NCBI GenBank assembly: GCA_049322675.1
Contig: JBMORM010000020.1
Location: 1-51,295, forward strand
Length of the DNA: 51,295 nucleotides
Source of the DNA: Patescibacteria group bacterium
Lineage (GTDB): Bacteria; Patescibacteriota; JAHJAL01
Direction: 5' to 3'
The notes under the pieces are model-generated. The model did not search any database. It saw only the letters and a program-made list of their open reading frames with translations, and was not told where the DNA came from. This document shows positions 34,958-45,500 of this stretch, piece after piece (within the stretch, counting starts at the first letter, position 1; each line of letters begins with the position of its first letter). The position numbers and the translations under genes were made by a program.

Positions 34958-35380
34958 TTATTTTGATAAATATTGACTGATTTCGGGGTGATCTTGGGCT
35001 ATCAATTGAAGATGACCAATGGGTGGTTGGCCAATCGAAATATTATGGGTATTTTGCCAATATAGTTTTCCCTGGCCGCTAATGGTTAATTCGGCCCAGG
35101 GGAAAAATAGGGCGGGATAGCTTTTGAAAGGGGCGTTGATTTTTAGGTATAGGCCTTGGTTGTCAGTTCCCAAATCAACACAGTTTTTCCAGACCACGGC
35201 GCCTATTTGTACGGTTTGAAATTTTTTCAATGCCGGAGGTGGGGTCTGGGAGGTAGAGTAGATTTTCAAGAGGTGATCAAGATTGCTATTTCCGATTTTG
35301 CCGATTCCAAAGATGATTGCGAAAACAACAAATCCGACAAGTAATAGGGAAATGAGGATGATTAAAGTTAGGATAATCAT
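34958..35380 (-). CDS. membrane-anchored hypothetical protein
   Basis: 140 aa with an N-terminal TM and a soluble domain. Confidence 0.55.
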   Translation of the reverse strand: MIILTLIILISLLLVGFVVFAIIFGIGKIGNSNLDHLLKIYSTSQTPPPALKKFQTVQIGAVVWKNCVDLGTDNQGLYLKINAPFKSYPALFFPWAELTISGQGKLYWQNTHNISIGQPPIGHLQLIAQDHPEISQYLSK

Positions 35381-35422
35381 AAAAACTATTTGATAATTAT
35401 TTTCATTATAACAAAAAGTGGT

Positions 35423-36220
35423 TTATCGCAGAGAAAAATAGATGGCGATGATAATCGCGATGATTATTCGATAATAACCGAAGATCGTAAAGCTATGTTG
35501 GGCAATATATTTGATTAGTTTGCTGATAACCAAATAACTGACTAAAAAGGCGGAAATAAAACCGAGACTGAGCCAGATTATTTCTTTTTGGTCAAAATGG
35601 ATATCAGCTTTGAATAGCGAATAGATTGAGGCAATTCCCAAAGTGGGAACGGAGAGGAAAAATGAAAATTCGGTGGCGGTGGGTCGATTGAAACCCAGTA
35701 AAAGAGCGGTAATGATGGTGGCGGCGGAGCGGGAAGTGCCGGGGATCATGCCGAGACATTGAGAAAAACCGACAATGAGTGAATTTTTGAATGAAATTTT
35801 TTCACAAGAGTTGGTAGTGCTTGCTTTGGGTTTTCTTTCGATCAAGATGATAATAATTCCGCCCAATAAAAGACTGGAACCGACGACGGTGGGAGTAAAT
35901 AGATGATCTTTGATCCAGTCACCGAAAAGTAGCCCGAAAAAACCGGCGGGGATGAAAGCGACTATGGTTTTTAGCCACAGATCAATGATAGATCGATTGA
36001 TTTTTTGGTCTTTTTGCCATAGGTAGGGTATTAGACGATTTCGATAAAAGATAATAACAGCCAGGACGGCGCCGAGTTGAATAAATATGTCGAAAGTATT
36101 GGCAAAATCAGAATTGGAAAAAGTGATAAATTGATTGGCTAGGATTAAATGGCCGGTAGATGATATCGGTAAAAATTCAGTGATGCCTTCGATGATGCCT
36201 AAAATGATTGCGATGAACAT
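35423..36220 (-). CDS. uppP: undecaprenyl-diphosphate phosphatase
   Basis: GIIEGITEFLPISSTGHL and PGTSRSAATI motifs. 265 aa, polytopic. Confidence 0.92.
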   Translation of the reverse strand: MFIAIILGIIEGITEFLPISSTGHLILANQFITFSNSDFANTFDIFIQLGAVLAVIIFYRNRLIPYLWQKDQKINRSIIDLWLKTIVAFIPAGFFGLLFGDWIKDHLFTPTVVGSSLLLGGIIIILIERKPKASTTNSCEKISFKNSLIVGFSQCLGMIPGTSRSAATIITALLLGFNRPTATEFSFFLSVPTLGIASIYSLFKADIHFDQKEIIWLSLGFISAFLVSYLVISKLIKYIAQHSFTIFGYYRIIIAIIIAIYFSLR

Positions 36221-36443
36221 AGTTGTAAAAAAGTTTATAAAATTATTGGGTCGAAAGTTAAATTTTTTTTACCGATGGGTTTAGTAACTGGCTATTTTGG
36301 ATATGTTTCAATTATACATTTTTTTAGGAATATATTTTATTGATTATGAAAAAGATTGCGAGTAGAGTAGATTTGTAAGAAGAAAATATGTTTGTTTGGT
36401 TGGAAATTTATTTTCTGATAACGAAAAATATTTTTAGGTTTAC

Positions 36444-36472
36444 AAAACCGCAGGATTGTCTGGCGGTTTTTT
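36444..36472 (+). promoter_or_regulatory. terminator-like hairpin in the 5' leader of the giant gene (possible attenuator)
   Basis: AAAACCGCAG-gattgt-CTGGCGGTTTTTT ends 30 nt before the ATG at 36503. The upstream gene is on the opposite strand, so any plus-strand transcript reaching the hairpin must start within the intergenic region. Confidence 0.4.
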
Positions 36473-36502
36473 CGTAATTAATTATTAATTTTTTGAAATA
36501 AT

Positions 36503-39500
36503 ATGCAAGACTGGTGGCGAAGAAATAAAAAAATTGGGATATTTGTGTTGATTGCGGTTTTGTGTTTGTCTGGTGTATTGCTTGTCTGGTGGGCGAGGGT
36601 CAAAAAGGATAGCCATAAGAATATTAGCGATAGTAGTGAGCGAACAAAGGAATCGGAAATGACGACGGTGGCTCAGCTGGAAATTGTACCGGAAATAAGG
36701 TCGCAGGAGGTGGCATTTAAGTTACTGGAGGAAAACTGGTTAGGAATGACCGAGGGACAGGAAATGTCAGGGGAGCAAGCATTGCAAGCATTAATGTTGG
36801 CGACGACGAGTACTGATGATCTGAATAAGATGTTGTGGTCGGAAGTGATAAAGTCGGAAGCCGGTCAACTGGCGGCAAGCCAGATGTCTGACAGCGACAA
36901 TGTTAAGAAAATGAGTAAAGTTTTGCCGGGGGAGTGGTGGAATGTAGTGGTGCCTCAGCAAAAAAGAATAATTGGTTTACTGACAAGTCGTCTGCGTGAT
37001 GATAGTGATTTACGTCGGGAGTTGGCTGGGATTTTGGTGGGGGAGGAAAAATATTCTTTTTTCTGGGACGGTCAAAAAAAGAAAAATTTTTTGGCGGGTG
37101 TGGTGAAGGGCGATGTGAATTTGGCGGATTATTTTGATGGAGTGCAACTGGAAGAAATAAAAAAACAAATAGCGACTGATTTTAGGGACAATTATAAAGT
37201 TGGAAATGTGTTGGCGCAAAGATTTTTGGTTTTGCCGGAATTAAAAAATAAAAATCAAAGTTCTTTGGTGGCAGTGAAGCTAAAACATGGTGAAGAAATT
37301 TTGGAAGTCCCGATGGATAAAATCCGCTGGCGAACCGGGTCGTTGGTAATGGTGTTGGAACCGTTGCCAGAATTTGCGCCCGGCCAATACAATTTGGAGG
37401 TTGAATTTTTTAATTCGATTACAAATAAGCGGCAGTTGTTTACTCAGGATTTTTCTTGGGGAGTTTTGTCAGTAAATACTGATCAAGATTGGTATTTGGT
37501 TGGGGAAAAAATGAAAATTGATATTGGTATTTTGGATGATCAGGGCAGTCCGATTTGTGATGCTGAAGCAAGTTTGGTAGTTAAAGATGCTCAAGGAAAT
37601 GTGGTAGATAGTTTGCCGGTAACAAATACGGGGGAGTGTAAGGTTCTTCAGCCAGGTCATATTGTCCCCGACTATAATACAGAATATACTGCGGCGAAAG
37701 CGGGAGAATATTTTTTAAATTTAAAAGTAAAGACGAGAAACGGTGAAAGAACAGCTACTTCGTCGATAAGGGTATTGGGTGAAAGTTCGGAATTTTTTCG
37801 GGTGAAGAGAACTTCGGCGACTCGTAATTTTCCTTTTGGAATGACGCCTATGAATTTGGAAGTGGAATTTGGTCGTGATTTTTCCGGTAGGTTGGTGGAG
37901 GTTGTTCCGGCGGATTTTGGACTTGAGCAAATTGGCAATGACGGGGTGGAGGTGACAGAAAATGGACAGAAAAAAATTGTTTGGAAAGTGGAGGCAAATA
38001 CTGGGGATAGGTTGATGTTGGATTATTGGTTTGATGCCCCAAATATTAGTCCGATGTTTTATGTTTTGGGTCCAGTGACTTTGGAAGATGAAGACGGTCG
38101 TATTTTTTCCACGGAAAAAAGAGTTTGGCAGATTGCCAATGATATAACTTGTGCTTGGACAAATGGTAATGCCAATAATAGTTGGAGTGATGCGGGTAAC
38201 TGGTCGGGTTGTGGTGGCAATGTTCCTGGTGTGGGAGCGGGAGTTGATTATGATGTATTATTTCAGCCGGTTGGGGGCGGAGGAAGTGGCAGTGAGTTAA
38301 TAAAAGTAAATACAGATGTGCCGGGAACTTGTGACAGTTCGGGAACTCATGACACACCTTGTCCGGACGGGGATGGACGGTTGGGAATGGGAACAAGCGG
38401 AACAGGTGATGTAGGAGCAGTGGCTCATCCTTCAATAATATATGATGGCGGAGTCTACAAGATGTGGTATACCGGTCGGGATGGAAGTGGTGTAACCAGA
38501 ATATTTTATGCTTATTCAAATGATGGTTCGACCTGGACTAAATATGACAATACGGTTGAAACGCCATCAAATACAACTGGTACCAATGGACGTATTCCGC
38601 TCGGTGTTTCCGGTAGCGGTGATGATACCGGGGTATGGATTCCCCATGTGATAAATGACGGGGGTACTTACAAAATGTGGTACGCCGGTTCTTCCGCCAG
38701 CAGTGATTGGCGGATATATATGGCCACTTCAACAGATGGCGGGTTAACTTGGACAAAAGTAGATAACTCATTGCCGGCCGATTCGGATACCACTTCCACC
38801 AATGGCCGCGTACCGTTGGGAACGGCTGGAAAAGGTGACAGACAGACTGTTCATGGTGCATCGGTGATGAATGATGGCGGTACATACAAGATGTGGTATA
38901 TGGCACAAGACACTTCTTATGTTTTTAGAATATATTATGCGACTTCGCCGGATGGTTTGACCTGGACTAAATACGACAATACCATTCCGGCTGATTCGAA
39001 TACAAGTTCTACCAATGGTCGGGTGCCGCCTGGTTTGGCAGGAAGTGGAGACGATACACACGTCGCTGCGCCCAACGTCTATTTTGATGGTGGTACGTAC
39101 AAGATGTGGTATCTCGGCGGAAATGGAGATCCATTTTTCTATGGTTATCGGATTTATTACGCGACTTCATCCGATGGTTTGGTTTGGACAAAATTTGATA
39201 ATAGTGTGCCGGCTGATAGCGATACTTCTTCTACCAATTGGCGGGTGGCACATGGAACGGATGGCAAGGGTGATGATTACTCAATAGATAATATGTGTGT
39301 GGTGGTGGATGGTACTGATATTCGTATGTACTATGGTGGTAATGATGGCAGTTACACTAGAATATATTCGGCAAATAATATTTCGACTGGTGGTAGTCCG
39401 GATGTTAGCTTGGATACGAATGTAAATATTGGTTCGTTGGAAATGTCAGGAGGATATGGTGGCACGGTTTATTTGAATAGCCGGACGGTAAATATTGGTG

Positions 39501-42500
39501 GTACTTTTAATCATGCGGAAGGAAATCTCGATGCCGGCACAAGTACAATTATTTTTGATGGCACGACAAGCGGTTCACTAATTGTATCCGGTGGATCCGA
39601 GCTTTATAATCTGGAATTTAATGGTGGCGGGGGTGATTGGACTTTGTATGATCCATTGACGGTCAACGGTACTTTGACGACAGTGAATGGTGAGTTAATA
39701 AAAAATTCGCAAAATATTATTGCCAAAGGAACGGTTAGCTTAGCCAATAATACGTTTACTGCCGGTTCCGGTGGTGAGTTCAGGTTGAACGGAGATTTTA
39801 ATCTAAATAGCGGTAATAATAATTTGGGGCATCTGATTGTCGGCGCCAGCCCGGACACGATTACTTTGACTAGTGATTTGATGGCGACGGATTTATCAAT
39901 TGCTGATTGGGATAGTTTGATAACTGATGGTTTTGATATCAGTGTTGATGATTTTGTAACAATCTATGGTGAGGCCACTTTGGATGCTACGGCCGGAACA
40001 GGTGGTGATACAAACATCTCGGTTGGGGGAAACTGGACCAATTATAGTATTTTTACGGCTGATACCAGTACCGTGACTTTCACGGCGACGGATACTGGTA
40101 ATACAATTAATTCCGGCTGGTGGGGAGAATTTAATAACGTGGTGTTTGATGGTGTTGGTGGGGAGTGGATTTTGCAGGATGATATGGTGATCAACGGGGA
40201 TTTGACTATCACAAATGGCACTTTGGATATCAATGGTCACAATTTGACAGTATCTGGAACATTTACCAATAATGGCAGGTTAAAATTGAATGGTTATGAG
40301 GGAGTATCGTTAACGAATGATACCGATTCGGGAACGATCGAATACTATGGGGTGGGGGTTGATAATAATCTCGTAACCGGAAATGACTACTATAATCTAT
40401 TGATTAGTGGGGCCAGTGATCGTTGGGCGACCGGAGAAGTACATATTAATAATGATTTGATAATCACTGCCGGCTCGCTGAATATAGCTTGGAATAATTT
40501 AACGATTACCGGAAATCTGGATAATACCTCTGGTTCCAGTGGTATTTACAATGTATCTCGGGTTTTATTTAATGCTCCGGATAAAAATAATACTATCCGT
40601 TTATCAGGCGCGCAATTGTATGATGTGGTTTTCAGTGAAGAACGGGGGGAGTGGATTTTGTTGGATGATATGTATGTGAATCGGGCTTTTGATATCAAAA
40701 GTGGATTATTCAATGTTGGTAATAATGTGTTGACGGTCAGACAAGGATTTTATATTCGACAAGCGGGGAGATTTCAGAAGGGAGAATCATCGATAGTTCG
40801 GTTTTCTCCGGATGATGATCGAGAGTGGGGGGATGAAACGTATGAAGGGCAGGATTTGGGAGTGGTGGAAGTTACTGGGGGCACGGGTGTTAAAAATTTG
40901 ATTGTTAGATGGAATGTAGCCAAATGTACCTCTTTGTTTGTCGATACGGGTCATACCGTAAAGTTGTTGCAAACAGAATTGCGCTTGACTGGTGAAGGAA
41001 CGCCAATATCCGGTTTGGGCACGGTGGATACCTGGTCGTATGGGGAAAGTACAGTAAGTTATAATGGAGGACAAAATACTAATGTGCTGACATCGGGCGC
41101 AGTTAATAGATATGATAGTTTAAATATTGATTCGTCGACTGGTTTATTAATGAAAATTGGTGAAGATGATTTACGTAGCTCTGTTATTGATACGGATAAT
41201 GGTTATGCCTATTTTGGTACAGCTATTTCTTCTCCGGCGATGATTATCAAAGTGCGTTTGTCAGATTTGACCAGAGTAGCGACGCTGATGATGGATGATG
41301 CAGGGGAGTTGGGGGCGGCGGCGATAGATTTGGCCAATCACAAAGCTTATTTTGTCTATAGTAGTCCAGGAATTCAAATAATAAAAATCGATTTGGATAC
41401 TTTCACTATTGAGAGCAAGTTGGCACTGACCAATGTAGGGACACCATCTCGAAGTGCCGAGTTTACGCGAACGGCGACGATCGATAATGACGGTGGCTAT
41501 TTGTATATTGGTAGCACTCAGTCGAGTGATGGTTATCCAGCTATGCTAGTCAAGGTCAGATTGAGTGATTTTACTGTTGAAGATGACTATACTTTTAACT
41601 CGGGTTACAATGGAGTGACGTGCGGCGTGATTGATCCGGCTAATGATTTTGGTTATTTTGCTATGCGAACCAATCCGGGGACGATAGTCAAAATCAAGTT
41701 ATCAGATATGTCACATGAGGAAGATTTGACTTTGAGTGCGGGGGAAAATGCGCCGATGGCAGCGATAATCGACACTTCCGGTGGATATGCTTATTTTGGT
41801 ACTACCAGTAATAATGAGGGAGGTAGTGGAAATAGAATAGTGAAAATTCGACTATCTGATTTTTCAGAAATAGAAAGTCTGGTTACATCGGAGTCAGAAT
41901 ACGATACTGCGGTTTTTGATCCAATAAACAATATGGGCTATTTTGGTACTTCGACATATGTAAATTATGTGGTGCAGGTTGATTTGGCCAATATGACGAA
42001 ATTGAATTCCGCGTTTATAACCAATGATGCTGGTATTACAACTTCAATAATTGATTCGACTGGAGGATTTGCGTATTTTGGTACAAGTGCTTCAGCTGGA
42101 CAGATTTATAAAATTAACCTTTATACTTCTTTGCCTGGCGTAAGTACGAGTTTATTGAAGGAAAATAATGTAATTCCGGGAACTTGTGATAGTTCGGGAG
42201 CTCATGATACTCCCTGTCCGGATGGTGATGGACGTTTGGGGTTGGGTACTAGTGGCATGGGTGATGAAAAGGCGGTTGATATGCCAGCGGTGATATATGA
42301 TGGTGGGGTATATAAAATGTGGTATACGGGGAAGGATGATGCTGGTGGAGTTAGAATATTTTATGCTTATTCAACAGATGGATTGACATGGACTAAGTAT
42401 GATAATTCGATTGAAGCACCATCAAATACTACCGGTACCAATGGCCGGATACCTTGGGGAGAAGCTGGTAGTGGTGATGCTACGGGGGTATGGATTGCCA

Positions 42501-45500
42501 ATGTAATCAATGATAGTGGTACTTACAAAATGTGGTATGCGGGTTCTTCGGCTGATAGTGATTGGCGGATTTATATGGCTACATCCACTGATGGTGGTTT
42601 AACCTGGACAAAAGTAGATAATTCTTTGCCGGTTGATTCTGATACTACATCGACAAATGGCAGAATTCCTTTGGGAACTGCAGACAAGGGCGATGAACAA
42701 ACAGTTCATGGAGCATCAGTTATAAATGATGGTGGAACATATAAGATGTGGTATATGGCCCAAGATACTTCATTTCATTTTAGGATTTATTATGCCACTT
42801 CACCCGATGGATTGACCTGGACAAAGTATGATAATGATATTCCGGATGATTCGGATACTGATTCTACCAATGGTCGAGTACCTTTGGGCTTGACTGGTGG
42901 AGATATGAGATATGTAGCAGCTCCTCATGTGTACAAAGATGGTAGTAATTATCGGATGTGGTATTTGGGTGGTTCAGATTTTGATTATGTTTATCGGATG
43001 TATTACGTCACTTCACCTGATGGATTGGTGTGGACGAAATTGGATAATAGTGTGCCAGCCAATACTGATACGTCTTCGACTAATTGGCGGGTAGCTTATG
43101 GAACTGATGGTCGGGGTGATTATTTTGGAGTTGGAAATATGTCAGCAGTGATAGTCGGTAATTCTCTAAAAATGTATTATGGCGGAAGTGGGGCGGGTGG
43201 TTCGAGGATATATTTGGCAACAGCTGATGTAAACACGCCAATGTCGATAGATAGTCATCTGACTTTGATGCCGGGTGAGGACAGTTTTGGTGCTGAAGTG
43301 ATTGATACGGTTAATGGTTATGCTTATTATGGTACACGTACAAAACCGGGAGTGATTGTCAAAGTCCGACTGTCTGATTTTAGCCGGGTGGATTCGATTA
43401 CGCTGGACGATGGAGAATGGAATTTGGAAACAGCGGTGATTGATCAGACAGCTGGTTATGCTTATTTTGCGACTAATACAAATATTGGAAAAATAATTAA
43501 AATTCGTTTATCCGATTTTACCAAGGTAGCAACATTGACTTTAAATCCTGGGGAGGATTCGTTTGAGTCTTCAGTAATTGATACTGTTGATGGTTACGCA
43601 TATTTCGGTACGGCCGGATATTCTGACTGGATTGTCAAAATCAGATTGTCAGATTTTAGTCGGGTGGGTGCGATTTCGACCGATGAGGATGAAAATACCT
43701 CAGCAACGATTGATACAACTCGTGGTTATGCTTATTTTACGAATACTGCAGATCAAGGAAAAATAAGGAAACTAAGGTTAAGCGATTTTACGATTGAAGA
43801 TACGCTTGAATTAGATGATGGGGAAAATCGACCGATTAAATCGGGAATTGATTTATCAAACAATGTTTTGTATATCGGAACTAGCTACAATGATAGAAAA
43901 ATTATTAAAGTAGATCTGTCGACTTTTACGGAAGTGGGTACGATGGACTCCGATTCGGATATCATCAGTGGTGTAGCAATAGATACAATCGATGGTTATG
44001 GATATTTTGTTTTGACGGAAGTACCGGGACGGATGTTAAAAGTAAGGTTATCTGACTTTTCTAAAGTGGGAACGACAACTATGAATAATGGCGCAAATTG
44101 GACTGATTCGATTCTGATGGGTGATGATTTTATTTATATGTCAGCATCAACTAGTCCTAGTATCGTGATACGTGTTCCAAAAAATGGTTTAAACACTTTT
44201 TCTACCGGAGCAGGAGAAAGTTTGATAATTGATAAAAACTTAACAATTGAGGGTTATAACGTCGATTGGGATACTAATGATACGGCGATTACGTTGAAAG
44301 GAAATTTCTATATTGATAGTCTGGCTCGTTGGCAAAAGTCGCCCACGCAGACATTTACCTGGTCGCCGGAGGGAACCAAGACTTTTACTGATCTGACCTA
44401 TGATCTACAGGATATTGGTTTTGTCGATGAAACGGGTGGGCATAGTGAGATCGTATTGTTGACGCCAATTCATTTGACTACTTTGCATATTGCCAACGGC
44501 CACACGTTTAATTTAAATGGTTATGATTTTTCGATTGATTCGACCTACACCAGTGAGGGCAAGTTGAAGTTGTTTGGTTCGGAAACGGTGACGGGTTTTG
44601 TCAATGATCTGGATTCGGGTAATGTGGAATATTATGGTACTGGCACATATAGTAGTTTACATACTGGCAATGATTATTATGATTTGATTTTCAATGGCGG
44701 TGGCGGTAGTTTTAGTTTGGATAATGATCTGGACGCGGAACATGATTTGACGGTGACAGCGGGAACTTTGTTGTCGGATGGTTTCGAAATGGATATGTCC
44801 GGTACAGTATCGATTGCAACGGCCGGGGTATTAAATGCTAGTGATGGTACAGATGGTGTTAGTCTGATCCGGGTGCAGAATAATTGGTCGAATGCCGGTA
44901 GTTTCGTGGCCGGTGGTTCGACGGTAGAATTGACTGGTGAAAATCAGTTGATAACCGGGGCGACGACTTTTTATAATCTGCTGAAAACAGAAATGGTGGA
45001 TAATGCGACCGATGAAGTTTTGACGTTTGGATCCGGACAGTTTCAGAAAATCAGCAATTTACTGACATTTGATGGACGCGATGGCGATGATATGATTTGG
45101 CTTCGGTCATCCGTACCGGGAGGTCAGGCATTTATTGAATTTGACGGGACGGGGGTGGCGATTGGAACAGTGAAGTGGTTGGATATTCAGGATCATGCCG
45201 TGATAAATAGTAACGGCGCGGCGGTAGTGTTTCCGGTCAATCCCGCTAATTCTATTAATAGTGGCAATAACTCCAATTGGTTTGAGCTCAGTACGGCTTT
45301 GGCGGAGTCGGCGACTGTTACCGCGACAGTTCCATCGTTGCTTAGTTTTGCTATCAATCCAGTGGCAAGTGGGCAGAATATAAATGGCGAATTGACAAAT
45401 ATTAATACTACGACTGCGGGAGTTGATTTTGGAATATTCGCGGGGGCGGCGGATAAAATTGGGGCACATGATTTGGTGGTTTCGACCAATGGGGGAGGCG

